Shown: positions 49,311-58,988, numbered from the stretch's first letter. The stretch is DNA of 64,000 bases from a virus (IMGVR_UViG_3300025867_000005); one strand, 5' to 3'. The notes: generated from the letters alone by a model not told the origin. Numbers and translations: made by a program.

Positions 49311-50204
49311 ATGGGATATATGCACATAAACCAGCTTTACAAGGACCAAACAATTCTTGAATTCAAGGAAGCCTTTGCAATGGAAAAGGTTCATGGGACT
49401 TCCTCGAACATTTCTTGGAATGGGACAGAGGTCAGCTTTTTCGCCGGTGGAGAAAGTCATGTAAATTTCGTCAATCTTTTTGACAAAGAAGCCCTGAAAT
49501 CGGCTTTCCAGAAGGTTTTCGGTGACACTCCTGCTATTATCTACGGAGAAGCCCACGGAGGCAGCCAACAGAAGATGTCGAAGACGTATGGAGACCGTTT
49601 GCGCTTTATTGCCTTTGATGTCTTTTCTTCTGACAGGTTCTGGGATGTCGAGGATGCCTACCGTCTTGTTACAGAAGATTTTGGTTTGCTGTTCGTTCCA
49701 TTCCAAAGGATTCCAGCGACAGTAGAGGCATTTGAAATTAAAAAAAACGCGCCTTCTGAGGTTGCGGCAATTTACGGTTGTCAAGGGAATACCGACAGGT
49801 TCGGCTTCTGTCCTCCTATCAGGGAGGGAATTGTCATCCGCCCCATTCACGAGTTTACCGACAAGTGGGGAAAACGAGTGATTTGCAAACACAAACGCCC
49901 TGAATTTCAGGAACGTCAAAATACCCCGGATGTCAAGGATTTCGATCCTGAGAAGATAAAACAGATGGAAGAGGCAGATGCTGTTGCTGAAGAATGGGTT
50001 GTTGTGGAAAGGCTTAATCATGTTTTGGACAAGCTAGGTAATCCTAAAGAATTGTCCATGACGGGGAAGGTTATAAGCGCTATGGTTGAAGATGTTCTTC
50101 GGGAAGCAGAAGGTGAAATCAATCTTGATGACAAATCAAGAATCGCCAAAGCAATCGGGAACAAGACGGTGAAGATGTACAAGGAATTTTGCAGAAAGGT
50201 TTGA
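49311..50204 (+). CDS. Rnl2-family RNA ligase
   Basis: EKVHGTS, IYGE, FIAFDV, REGIVIRP, ICKHK. Confidence 0.82.
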   Translation: MGYMHINQLYKDQTILEFKEAFAMEKVHGTSSNISWNGTEVSFFAGGESHVNFVNLFDKEALKSAFQKVFGDTPAIIYGEAHGGSQQKMSKTYGDRLRFIAFDVFSSDRFWDVEDAYRLVTEDFGLLFVPFQRIPATVEAFEIKKNAPSEVAAIYGCQGNTDRFGFCPPIREGIVIRPIHEFTDKWGKRVICKHKRPEFQERQNTPDVKDFDPEKIKQMEEADAVAEEWVVVERLNHVLDKLGNPKELSMTGKVISAMVEDVLREAEGEINLDDKSRIAKAIGNKTVKMYKEFCRKV

Positions 50205-50205
50205 T

Positions 50206-50430
50206 ATGAAATACTGCTATCATGTATACGGGGAAGTGAAAACGTTTTTTCAAACAGTTGATTACAGTGGTATCGTTACTTCAGATACCAAAATTTGCAG
50301 CGATGTGGATTTTAAACATCTTGAAGAGCAAATTGTCTCCACTTGTATTGAAGTAAAAGGCCTTAGCCAAGACACAAACGCAAGATGTTTGATTAAGTCT
50401 ATGACCTTCTTGCATGAAATCGAGGACTGA
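50206..50430 (+). CDS. Hypothetical protein
   Basis: ORF track. Confidence 0.55.
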   Translation: MKYCYHVYGEVKTFFQTVDYSGIVTSDTKICSDVDFKHLEEQIVSTCIEVKGLSQDTNARCLIKSMTFLHEIED

Positions 50431-50764
50431 CATGAAAATTATCAAATGGATTAAAGACTTGTTTTCGGAACCTGAATTCAGTGCGCAGAGCGCATATGAA
50501 TTGGCGAATGAACGCAAGAAACAAAAAGATGAAGATGAAGCCAAATATCTCATTAAAATGATTAAACGGAAGATTAGCGATGCGGCCTGGCTTCAGAATT
50601 TCCGTTTTGAATATGATTTCTATCGAGAAGGGGGAATTCCTCCGAATGACGAAACCGCTAAGATTATCTGTGATTACTTTAATGACAAAGGATTTTACGT
50701 TTATCTCAAGAATGATATGTTGCTTATAAGCTGGTATCAGCCAAACAAGGAAAAACGTGTTTAA
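50414..50764 (+). CDS. Hypothetical protein
   Basis: ORF track; ends LLISW. Confidence 0.55.
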   Translation: MKSRTDMKIIKWIKDLFSEPEFSAQSAYELANERKKQKDEDEAKYLIKMIKRKISDAAWLQNFRFEYDFYREGGIPPNDETAKIICDYFNDKGFYVYLKNDMLLISWYQPNKEKRV

Positions 50765-50929
50765 AAGGTAAATTTTATGATGACTGAAAAAGACAAACAA
50801 GAAATCGAAGAGATGATTAAGAAACAGTTATCAGAGAATTCATCTGATGATTCTGGATGTTTGACGATTCTGCTCATGTTTTTGTTTTTATCGGTTTTTA
50901 TGGGTTGCTGATATCAAGGATGTAAAATT

Positions 50930-51151
50930 ATGGCTACAGATAGAAAAACAATGTCTATTGAAGACTACGAAATGCTCTTGAAATCTCAGGAGCGCACAAA
51001 TCTTTACAAGTTGATGGAACTTGCTCAGGCCGGTCTTGATAATTGCGGAATCTGTATATTCTGTCAGGATTGCCCGAGACTAGGGAATTGCATTATCAAA
51101 AAGACGTGCGATGAAGTAGAAGCCAGGATTAAAAGCGGAGAACTTTCTTAG
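50930..51151 (+). CDS. Small Cys-containing protein
   Basis: CGICIFCQDC..C; RBS. Confidence 0.55.
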   Translation: MATDRKTMSIEDYEMLLKSQERTNLYKLMELAQAGLDNCGICIFCQDCPRLGNCIIKKTCDEVEARIKSGELS

Positions 51152-51173
51152 AACTATAAATTTCAGCAGGCTA

Positions 51174-51203
51174 TTGACAAAGCAAGAAGAAATATGCTAT
51201 AGT
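51174..51203 (+). promoter_or_regulatory. sigma70-type promoter
   Basis: TTGACA-18 bp-TATAGT with TGc extension. Confidence 0.65.
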
Positions 51204-51253
51204 TCCACCATCAAAAGAAACAATAGGGACAATCCCTAGAAAGGTAAGGAACT

Positions 51254-52108
51254 ATGAACGAGCTGGGTCTGTTGAACGTTTGGTGGATGGTTCGTGAGGA
51301 TATTTCGATCGGCATCGTGCAGATGCATGACATCTTGCAAAAGTATGGCCTTGATCCTGATATGATGCGGGTCCCTAGTGACCGTGAGTGTGTGCGTCGC
51401 GGCATCGACAGTTTCCATAACCGTAGGGGTTATAAGCGCCGTGTCGTCGAGAAGATCAGTGAGACTCAGAACAAGGCGGTTTTCGGTATCCTCGGAATCA
51501 GTCTTGACAAAGAGCACGAGAATTCCAGTTACATCCAGAACACAAAAGTCATTCTTGACAAGAATTCCGGAACTATCAGTGCGGAAGGCGCTTTGTCGGA
51601 CGAGGTTCTTAACAAGGTTGACAATTGCCGTGGCACCTATAACAGCGAAGATCTTCGTACGCTTTGCAAGAATGTCGTGCGGAAGTGCTTCGGGGTCAGC
51701 AAGCGGCCTACTGGCGGTGTTTACATGGTTCCGTTCACTTTCAAGAGTAAGATCGATGCCTTGAATGCCGTTCTTGGTGAAGTCGCTGGCAAACGTGAAG
51801 CGTGTGTCTATGTCGAGCGTATTTTCGGCGGAGAAGAGGAGAAAGATACTGCCGCCGTCAGCGTCTTCGATGATCTGAACAAGCGGTTGTCGTTCCTGAT
51901 GAACAGCGTCAAGAATGTCACGAAACAGGTTTGCCGACTGAAGGGCAAGAATGTTCAGATGGAAGAGATCAAGTATATCGCTGAAGTCTATCAGAACATC
52001 CTTGGAAAGCGGGAAGCGATTGCGGAATTCAGTGATGTCTTTAAAACCGCATCTGAGAAGATTGAGGAAGCCATTTCCAATCTTACCATCGTTCCTGAGA
52101 AGGCATAA
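51254..52108 (+). CDS. Conserved-looking hypothetical protein (DUF6744/DUF3150-like)
   Basis: RPTGGVYMVP motif; own promoter and terminator; higher GC. Confidence 0.55.
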   Translation: MNELGLLNVWWMVREDISIGIVQMHDILQKYGLDPDMMRVPSDRECVRRGIDSFHNRRGYKRRVVEKISETQNKAVFGILGISLDKEHENSSYIQNTKVILDKNSGTISAEGALSDEVLNKVDNCRGTYNSEDLRTLCKNVVRKCFGVSKRPTGGVYMVPFTFKSKIDALNAVLGEVAGKREACVYVERIFGGEEEKDTAAVSVFDDLNKRLSFLMNSVKNVTKQVCRLKGKNVQMEEIKYIAEVYQNILGKREAIAEFSDVFKTASEKIEEAISNLTIVPEKA

Positions 52109-52130
52109 CGGCAATCGGTGACATACAACA

Positions 52131-52160
52131 GAAGGGGATTGGAATTCCAATCCCCTTTTT
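52131..52160. terminator. Bidirectional terminator between convergent genes
   Basis: aaggggattgga / tccaatcccctt plus T tract. Confidence 0.8.
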
Positions 52161-52163
52161 CCT

Positions 52164-53144
52164 TTATAGAAGCACTTCTTTTATCGCTGTAGCCAGCTCA
52201 TACATAAGCGGTGGACAAACGCTGTTTCCGATTATCTGTCTGGCATGGTTTCTGCTTTTAAATTTGAACCCCTGTGGAAATCCTTGAATCGCCATCAATT
52301 CATTCTGACTTAAAACGCGTGGCTGATATGGGCTAAAGTGATCGCTGTTGCAAAGAATAGGACAGGACGGTTTTGAAGGGTCTATTTTCTTCGCGCTTTT
52401 TTGCCGTCCGACAGATTTTCCAGGAAGAGCTTGTTCCCAATACCCGACATACCTTTCTGTCAAAGGACGAAATTTCCCTTCTTCCAATATTTCTAGAACT
52501 TGCTGAGCTTGTACTTCTTGGTATTCAGGACATGGGAATGTGAATTCCTTATTCAAATCCTTACGTATTCCTACGATGAAAATTCTTTTTCTGACTGTCG
52601 GGATTCCGAAATCTTTAGCTGAAATCACCTTGTATTTGATGACATAACCTGCGTTTTCAAATCCTGCTTTTACTTCTTCAAAAATGTGTGAAAATCTCGC
52701 ATTGGCCATTTGCGGAACGTTTTCCATTACAAAAGCACGAGGTTGTAAACCTTCAAGAATCCTTACCGCTGCTTTGAAAAGGAAATTTCTTTCATCTTCT
52801 GGATTCATTTTACCAGCAGGGCTGAATCCGCAGCATACCGGACTCATATCCAAGACATCGAGCATTCTTTCTTTCAAACCGGCGACAGACAGGATTTCAC
52901 TTGAATCTACTGTCCTTATGTCTTTTGTTATCACAGGAAAACCGAAATTTTCATACAGGCATTCATATGCCGGTTTCCAGAATTCAACGGCACACAGTTC
53001 TCGGTATCCCGCCATAGAATATCCAAGACTGGAACCACCGCCGCCAGCGAAAAGGGAAACTACAGTCGGTGAATTTTCTGATTTCTGTTCTTGGTGTTTC
53101 TGCCAAAGGTAAGATAGGCGTTCGTAATAAGTTAAGTTTTTCAT
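52164..53144 (-). CDS. DNA (cytosine-5) methyltransferase in inverted orientation
   Basis: SLFAGGGG, SPVCCGFS, MENV, RKRIF, QIIGNSVCP. Confidence 0.88.
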   Translation of the reverse strand: MKNLTYYERLSYLWQKHQEQKSENSPTVVSLFAGGGGSSLGYSMAGYRELCAVEFWKPAYECLYENFGFPVITKDIRTVDSSEILSVAGLKERMLDVLDMSPVCCGFSPAGKMNPEDERNFLFKAAVRILEGLQPRAFVMENVPQMANARFSHIFEEVKAGFENAGYVIKYKVISAKDFGIPTVRKRIFIVGIRKDLNKEFTFPCPEYQEVQAQQVLEILEEGKFRPLTERYVGYWEQALPGKSVGRQKSAKKIDPSKPSCPILCNSDHFSPYQPRVLSQNELMAIQGFPQGFKFKSRNHARQIIGNSVCPPLMYELATAIKEVLL

Positions 53145-53164
53145 GTTTTAGAATAGAAATGCTA

Positions 53165-53193
53165 TTGACAGATTTCAACATTTTTGGTAAATT
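53165..53193 (+). promoter_or_regulatory. sigma70-type promoter
   Basis: TTGACA-17 bp-TAAATT with TGg extension. Confidence 0.65.
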
Positions 53194-53255
53194 ACACGCA
53201 TCTAAAGAACAAAAGGCTTGTAAGCCTTAAAGAACAAATAAAAGGAAAAACAGAT

Positions 53256-54479
53256 ATGGGTAAGACTCTCGGAATCAAGATGAGCAAGGCGGAACGTGAA
53301 CAGGCTATTTCAAAGTTCATGGTTAAACTTCTAAAGGAAAAGGAAAAGGCGGTTGTCTTTAAGACCCCCCATGAGGTAGTGAAGTCAGACATTACTGTCA
53401 AAGCATTGCTTGACAAGACGGCGACAAGCATGTGCGGACTGCCGGAAATCAATCTGAACCCGATTTTCCAGCGGGGATTCGTTTGGGGTCAGGACAAAGA
53501 AGACGCTTTGTTGAACACGATCCTTGAAGGCGGGCAGATCCCTAGCCTTACATTCGGTAAAGTGCGGGACAAGAACCCCAGCAGTTTTAATCGAATCTGT
53601 TGTGTCGATGGAGGTAATCGGATTCAGACTCTTTTGCGTTTCATCAATAACAAACGCGCGATTGCCGGTCTGTTCTGTCGAGACGAAGACGACGGAAGTG
53701 TTTCTGTTGATTCTACCAAGACCGTGAATCTGTATATCGGAAAGAAGTTTAAGGATCTTCCCGTTGACGTTCAAAACAAGATTCTGAACTATAAGTTTTC
53801 TTTTATCATTGAAGAGGTTGAGAAGGAAAATGATTTGACCAATATTTTCTTGCGGTTGAATTGCGGCGGTGTGGATATGGATTTCGGGCAGATTCTTATT
53901 GCCAAGTATCGGGAAACGGAATTCGGAAAGGCAATCTTGAATTTTATCGAAACAGAAACAGGGCGTGTTCTTCTTGGTCGCAAACGTGTCGGCAAAGTCA
54001 GCATTCCGAGTCTTTTCCTCCGGTGTTCTGGAATCGTCGCGACGGCAAGTGACTTTATGCGGTTTGTCGGGCGTGGCGGTGCCGATCAGTTTCTTGGAGA
54101 AAGTTCTGCTACTTCTTCTAAGGAAGCCGACAACAGCATGCTTCATTTCAAGAAGGCGGTGGAAGTGTTCAACAAGTATTTCTCAGATTTCGAGTTTTAT
54201 CAGCACGTCTTTGAAAAGAATGGCGCTAAGAAACTTGTTACCTGTACTTTCTCAAAACAAGAGAAGGTTAAGACGGCCATTATTTCCGTTCTTTGCGGAA
54301 TCGATGATCTTGATTTTGTTATCAAGAATCACATGGCCATCGGAGAAAATCTTGTTCAAAAGCTTCTTCCGTCTACGGTGGCAGATTCAATTCTGTTGAA
54401 CCTCCTTACCGTTCAAACGACCATGCGCGGTCGCCGTGAACAGGCAATGATGCAAATCCGTGAATGCTTTGGAATTTAA
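53256..54479 (+). CDS. DUF262 (GmrS/SspE-like ParB-fold) protein without an HNH domain
   Basis: NPIFQRGFVW, IPSL, VDGGNRIQTL, IFLRLNCGG. Confidence 0.78.
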   Translation: MGKTLGIKMSKAEREQAISKFMVKLLKEKEKAVVFKTPHEVVKSDITVKALLDKTATSMCGLPEINLNPIFQRGFVWGQDKEDALLNTILEGGQIPSLTFGKVRDKNPSSFNRICCVDGGNRIQTLLRFINNKRAIAGLFCRDEDDGSVSVDSTKTVNLYIGKKFKDLPVDVQNKILNYKFSFIIEEVEKENDLTNIFLRLNCGGVDMDFGQILIAKYRETEFGKAILNFIETETGRVLLGRKRVGKVSIPSLFLRCSGIVATASDFMRFVGRGGADQFLGESSATSSKEADNSMLHFKKAVEVFNKYFSDFEFYQHVFEKNGAKKLVTCTFSKQEKVKTAIISVLCGIDDLDFVIKNHMAIGENLVQKLLPSTVADSILLNLLTVQTTMRGRREQAMMQIRECFGI

Positions 54480-54489
54480 GACATAACGG

Positions 54490-54519
54490 AAAAGGGTATA
54501 TGTATTAGATATACCCTTT
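54490..54519 (+). terminator. Probable terminator
   Basis: aaagggtat / ataccctttg stem. Confidence 0.5.
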
Positions 54520-54543
54520 GTCCGATTTCCATAAGGTGCTAAG

Positions 54544-54792
54544 ATGAAAAGAATAAGCTTCAAAGGAATTCCTGTAAAGTGTTTTGAAACCCCGAAGCCA
54601 ATGAATGAAACCGTTAATCGGAGTCTCTGGATTTTGGAACAGTTCAAGGCAAAACACGGGAGACTTCCCAGACCCGAAGACAAAGCGTTTACAAAGCTTA
54701 CAGAAGTCCAGCAGGTATTTGCCAATGGCTTACGCAAGACCGTAACTGAAGGGCTCTATAAGCGTTTCTTGGAGATTTCTAAACATGGCTAA
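54544..54792 (+). CDS. Hypothetical protein
   Basis: ORF track, RBS. Confidence 0.55.
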   Translation: MKRISFKGIPVKCFETPKPMNETVNRSLWILEQFKAKHGRLPRPEDKAFTKLTEVQQVFANGLRKTVTEGLYKRFLEISKHG

Positions 54793-55459
54793 GAAAGACT
54801 TTAATTATTGTCCGAAGAAAGCTGCATTTAGAAAAGAATGTATCTCCAAACCCATCCTTGAAATCTTCAGTGGACCTTTGCCAGAAGACAAAATCATTGT
54901 GGATACAGCGGGGGAATACTCAAAGAACGTCAAGGCGACAGCATGTTATCAGCTTCTTAAAGCAGGGGCGATCACTTCGACTACCCAATTCATGGGCGTT
55001 GACAACGAATCGAAATCCGGAAGTGATGGCGTTGTCAAGACAAATACTTTACGGTATGGACAGGGTTGCCGCTGGCATATTCCTTGTGTCTGTGATGAGA
55101 TTCAAAATTTCTGTTTGAGTAACAGAGACAGAATCGGGTTTATCAGTCTTGACCTTCAGGCATTGGCCCCGAATTGTTTCTTTGTGTTCGAAAGAACATT
55201 ACAAGCGATGCAGGGAGCCAGTCATAAATTCGGAATTTGTTTCAACTCCATTTTCAGCTTGCCTTGGAATATGCAAGAGAACCTTGTCAAAAACGGGCTT
55301 GTGGAAGAGGCGATGGAAACGGAATTTCAACGCTATCAAGAAGCTAATCCTTTTTTCGTCGATCTTCTTCAAAGCTACATTCCGATGTCTTGGTTCTGGT
55401 ATGAAGGATGTGGAAAATCTCAAACTATTTTGGGAAGTTTTGTTTTTGTAAAGGAGTAA
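54785..55459 (+). CDS. Hypothetical protein (weak SAM-methyltransferase-like pattern)
   Basis: IVDTAG...FMGVD...FISLDL strand pattern; weak. Confidence 0.4.
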   Translation: MAKKDFNYCPKKAAFRKECISKPILEIFSGPLPEDKIIVDTAGEYSKNVKATACYQLLKAGAITSTTQFMGVDNESKSGSDGVVKTNTLRYGQGCRWHIPCVCDEIQNFCLSNRDRIGFISLDLQALAPNCFFVFERTLQAMQGASHKFGICFNSIFSLPWNMQENLVKNGLVEEAMETEFQRYQEANPFFVDLLQSYIPMSWFWYEGCGKSQTILGSFVFVKE

Positions 55460-55489
55460 AATTATGTCTCTTTTCGCCACTGTGTTTTC

Positions 55490-55759
55490 ATGGTCTTTTT
55501 CGTATTGTTTGTAAGCCTAATGATTAAATCGGCTACACTTGACAGGAAAAGGAAAATTGCTGTAGTCAAACCTGGAAGCATTTTTGTCCAAAGCAATGAA
55601 GAACAGAATCCTTTCGCAAAAGACTATCATGAATATGTTATCCTTGAAGTGAAAAACGGTTATGTTTTATATCAAGACACAAAATCTTTGATAATTTATA
55701 CTACAGATATCAACACCTTCATTTATCTGTATCGCCTTCAACAGGGAGTAAAATCATGA
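55490..55759 (+). CDS. Hypothetical protein with hydrophobic N-terminus
   Basis: ORF track. Confidence 0.5.
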   Translation: MVFFVLFVSLMIKSATLDRKRKIAVVKPGSIFVQSNEEQNPFAKDYHEYVILEVKNGYVLYQDTKSLIIYTTDINTFIYLYRLQQGVKS

Positions 55760-55900
55760 AAAAGTTTCTCAAGTATCTGTTCACTCATGTAAGCCTTAAA
55801 CCAAGTCATCCGGAAGAATCAGATCCGGGTTGGGAAGTCCGTTGGATTTTCTTCAAAATTCCGTTCCTGAAAAGAAATGTAAAAAAAGAAGACGACCCTG

Positions 55901-55929
55901 TTGACAAGAACGGCAACATTTGATAATGT
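55901..55929 (+). promoter_or_regulatory. sigma70-type promoter
   Basis: TTGACA-17 bp-TAATGT with TGa extension. Confidence 0.6.
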
Positions 55930-55962
55930 ATTGTCATTGAAAGCAAACAAAGGAATTGAATT

Positions 55963-56163
55963 ATGAATGAAGTTCAGGACAAGACATTGCCGAAGATCAA
56001 GAAACCTTCTGGTTGGAAACAAAAAGGAAGTTTCTGGGTTAAAAGTAGTAAGTATGGTTTGCGCTACATGTGTCCGGTTTGCGGGAAAAAGGCACTTGGC
56101 ACGAATTTCAAAAGCGACATGCATCATCATTTAAAAACTTGTCCGTGTTTTACGGACAAGTAA
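55963..56163 (+). CDS. Small Zn-finger protein
   Basis: CPVCG...HHH..C. Confidence 0.55.
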   Translation: MNEVQDKTLPKIKKPSGWKQKGSFWVKSSKYGLRYMCPVCGKKALGTNFKSDMHHHLKTCPCFTDK

Positions 56164-56208
56164 TCTCAAATCAGACAAAAGAAAAAACCAAGAAAGGTAA
56201 AAGAAACA

Positions 56209-56655
56209 ATGAATGTTGATCCGAAGAATCGTTACATCATGCAGTACATTAAGGTTAAGGACGAGACCGGCCGAATGGCCCCTATCGGCGTCCTTACGTC
56301 AGGACTCGATAAGGACGGCAAGATCATCTATGCCTATTCCCTAACCAACACGAAGCCTACCAAGGCGCAGAAGGCCGCAGGTGTTAAGCCTGATAAGTTC
56401 GACATGGAGTTTGCAGTTAATCTCGCAATGAAGCGTCTTGATGATGGCGGGATGGATATTTCCAAGCTTCCTTCCCTTGTTTCGGGAATGATGAAGCCCA
56501 AGAATCTGCAAGTCAAGATTAACCAAGTCAAGACGCGCAAGGACGGGAACCTTCCTGAGAATTTCATCGGGTATCCCGGAACCAACCGTGGCTACATCAA
56601 GATTCGCGGTTTTAAGGAGCGTTCTGAAGCCTATTTCAAGGATGCCACCAAGTAA
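56209..56655 (+). CDS. Hypothetical phage protein
   Basis: RBS; DKFDMEFAVNLAMKR motif. Confidence 0.65.
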   Translation: MNVDPKNRYIMQYIKVKDETGRMAPIGVLTSGLDKDGKIIYAYSLTNTKPTKAQKAAGVKPDKFDMEFAVNLAMKRLDDGGMDISKLPSLVSGMMKPKNLQVKINQVKTRKDGNLPENFIGYPGTNRGYIKIRGFKERSEAYFKDATK

Positions 56656-56780
56656 GGCATTGAAAATCTAGAACAGCGAATCTATTAAGAAACATCTTCC
56701 TTTGGCAGAAGGAAAAACAGAAAAAGAAACAGAAGAAGGTAACTGCTATTCCCTTCTTCAAAAAAAGAAAGACAAAAACA

Positions 56781-56993
56781 ATGAAGAATACCAAGACTCA
56801 GATCACCAGTTCCACCATCGTCGGCTTTGCAGAGGCGCGCAAGATCGTCCGCAAGGCTGGTTTCAAGAGCCATCAGGCTTACTCATGGGCGAAGATCGAG
56901 GGCCGCCTTCCCGCTGGCCTTCCCGAGACCCCGAAGACCGTGTATGCCCGTTATTGGAAGGGCTGGGATCAGTTTCTTAGCGTCACCAAGTAA
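56781..56993 (+). CDS. Stand-alone 'integrase repeat unit'-like protein
   Basis: FAEARKIVRKAGFKS...LPETPKTVY..W.GW..FL. Confidence 0.65.
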   Translation: MKNTKTQITSSTIVGFAEARKIVRKAGFKSHQAYSWAKIEGRLPAGLPETPKTVYARYWKGWDQFLSVTK

Positions 56994-57020
56994 TCTTGGA
57001 TAGACGTTTGTGAAGAAAAA

Positions 57021-57051
57021 GAAAGAGAGGGTGAAAACCCTCTCTTTTTTT
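57021..57051. terminator. Bidirectional intrinsic terminator
   Basis: aaagagagggt-gaaa-accctctcttt plus T run; A run on the 5' side. Confidence 0.85.
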
Positions 57052-57286
57052 ATTCCTTAAAATCAAATCCGATGCAATGAAAAGGTAGTCGTTCAGATTC
57101 AAAGATTTCTATTGACTGTTCTCTGAAGTTCGGGCATGAAAGCGGGTCAATCATTATTCTGCTATAAAGACATCCTAGACAGGAGTGGAAGACTAATTTT
57201 TGATTATTTGCATCATCCGCTTCAGAAATGGAAAGAACACAACTGTTATGTTTACAATTGCCAAGTTTTGTCACAAATTGTTTCAT
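57050..57286 (-). CDS. Hypothetical Cys-containing protein
   Basis: ggagg upstream on the minus strand; ends at the bidirectional terminator. Confidence 0.45.
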   Translation of the reverse strand: MKQFVTKLGNCKHNSCVLSISEADDANNQKLVFHSCLGCLYSRIMIDPLSCPNFREQSIEIFESERLPFHCIGFDFKE

Positions 57287-57340
57287 TTTGTTCGATAATC
57301 CTCCGTAATGTCAAAGAATAGATTGCAAGGAGGAATTCTT

Positions 57341-57667
57341 ATGGGTCGCAAAAGAAAGTTCAATTCGATTCTCGTTCAGGATTCCAAAACAGATAACCTT
57401 CTGTTGATTTCTTTCGAAAACGGAAAAATTGCAAACGAGGGCTTAAATCTAGATATCGATAAGGGTTTTCTCTCAGACAGACTGGTAAACGGAAGGTTGC
57501 CACCGAACAAGATTTTGTTGACAGATGTGATTAAAGACGGAGAAAATTCAAGCTTCGCCATAAAGGCTTGTGTCGATTTGATTCTTGAAGGGAAATCCGT
57601 AAATTTTTGGGATATTGTAGAAAATCCCGATTATGTTTCCTACTTCTTACAAAAAGTTAAGATTTAG
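57341..57667 (+). CDS. Hypothetical protein
   Basis: aggagg RBS. Confidence 0.6.
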   Translation: MGRKRKFNSILVQDSKTDNLLLISFENGKIANEGLNLDIDKGFLSDRLVNGRLPPNKILLTDVIKDGENSSFAIKACVDLILEGKSVNFWDIVENPDYVSYFLQKVKI

Positions 57668-57680
57668 TTTCCAAAATGTA

Positions 57681-57709
57681 TTGACAACCTGGAACTAAAA
57701 TGTTATCTT
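57681..57709 (+). promoter_or_regulatory. sigma70-type promoter
   Basis: TTGACA-17 bp-TATCTT with TGt extension. Confidence 0.65.
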
Positions 57710-57738
57710 TCTTTTATCAAATGGGGAAGGAAGACTTT

Positions 57739-57996
57739 ATGTTCAAAGCGATTGTCAGAATCACCGAAGGAACAGGGGCGGGTTACGGCATGCCTGCACA
57801 TCTCTATGTCAGTGGAGAAGGCATTGCTATGTCCAAGTCTCCGAAGAAAGCACTTACAGAAGCCAACAGGCTTGCAGAAGTAAGCCGTTCAGAAGATTGT
57901 GTCAAGCAAGGATTACCTAAAGGTGTAGGGCTGATTCCTGTCTACGGAGAAACGATCCTTTTCAAGGATGAAAAGATTGTGATGGTGAAGGCATGA
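57739..57996 (+). CDS. Hypothetical protein
   Basis: RBS; downstream of the promoter. Confidence 0.55.
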   Translation: MFKAIVRITEGTGAGYGMPAHLYVSGEGIAMSKSPKKALTEANRLAEVSRSEDCVKQGLPKGVGLIPVYGETILFKDEKIVMVKA

Positions 57997-58358
57997 AAAA
58001 AGAAAAATTCCATCCATTCTTCAGTTACAATAAAAATTGCCGCAAGACGGCATGGGATACACCGGAATATCTGACAGAAGAAGATTGGAGATTCCTCGCG
58101 GGTTTGATTCCTTTCCTTGAATCAGATGATATCGGTGGGGCTAGAAATTATTTGTTTCCTTTAGGGGAAAAGTGGAATCTTGCTGATGATTTCTTTAATC
58201 GGACAATCGGTTGGCCAGAAGGATATTCATATTGCCCGAATATTGAAATCTGGTGCAAAGACATTGAAAAAACCTATTTCTATCAGTTAGGATTCCTAGC
58301 AATTAAGAAATACTGTTGTAAGATGAAAGAAGCTCTTAAAAAGCATCTGGATACTTGA
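57993..58358 (+). CDS. Hypothetical protein
   Basis: ATGA overlap. Confidence 0.55.
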   Translation: MKKEKFHPFFSYNKNCRKTAWDTPEYLTEEDWRFLAGLIPFLESDDIGGARNYLFPLGEKWNLADDFFNRTIGWPEGYSYCPNIEIWCKDIEKTYFYQLGFLAIKKYCCKMKEALKKHLDT

Positions 58359-58384
58359 CAACCGAGATTAGTCTATGATATATT
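58355..58384 (+). promoter_or_regulatory. sigma70-type promoter
   Basis: TTGACA-18 bp-TATATT with TGa extension. Confidence 0.6.
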
Positions 58385-58415
58385 GACGGCATTCCAACAG
58401 GAAAGGACTTACAAC

Positions 58416-58988
58416 ATGAAAATTGACAGATTTCCGACAGCAGAAGAAGGTTTTAAATTGACTCCGTGCGTTATCGCCGGTGTTGATTGTTTTCTCATTG
58501 GACCCTTGGACATCAAAACAAAATTCAATGAGAGTAACAAGATTTTCCGTTCCAGCATTTGGACGGCTGACGGCTATCCCGTAAGTCTGGGTTTCCGCAA
58601 GTTTACGAATTACGGCGAAGCCCCTGCCTTCGAACCGTTTGATGTCAACAAAGATGACATGACATTCGTCACGAAGAAAGACGGAACATGTTGTGATGGC
58701 AACACCAGAATTGAAACAGAAGATGGTATAAAAACCATTCAAGAAATCTGCGAAGGTCGGTATTTGGGTCGGGTTTTAGGATATGATCATTCCAATAACC
58801 AGATTAAGTTTACGAAGGTTGTTGCACATTCCGTTAAGTCGAACAAAAACGACTGGTTCCTTTTAACCTTAGAGGATGGGACAGAAGTAAAACTAACTGG
58901 CTCACACTTGGTTTGGCTTCCTGAGTTATCTTGTTATCGTCGGGTTGATCAGCTTAAAGGCGATGAAGAAATTCTGATGTCAAAATAG
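58416..58988 (+). CDS. Rnl1-type RNA ligase N-part fused to split-intein N-half (99 aa, 58689-58985)
   Basis: SLGFRKFTNYGE...TKKDGT|CCDGNTRIETEDG...LTGSH...RRVDQLKGDEEILMSK*. Confidence 0.85.
   Translation: MKIDRFPTAEEGFKLTPCVIAGVDCFLIGPLDIKTKFNESNKIFRSSIWTADGYPVSLGFRKFTNYGEAPAFEPFDVNKDDMTFVTKKDGTCCDGNTRIETEDGIKTIQEICEGRYLGRVLGYDHSNNQIKFTKVVAHSVKSNKNDWFLLTLEDGTEVKLTGSHLVWLPELSCYRRVDQLKGDEEILMSK

Noticed and set aside
49254-54146. Long antisense ORFs (49254-50021, 51236-52150, 53385-54146) and similar shadows elsewhere
   Set aside because: They lie fully opposite well-supported + strand genes and carry no motifs.
29974-54479. Complete Dnd/Ssp phosphorothioation system
   Set aside because: No DndC/SspD (PAPS-reductase-like), DndD/E or SspB/C is recognisable, and the components are scattered.
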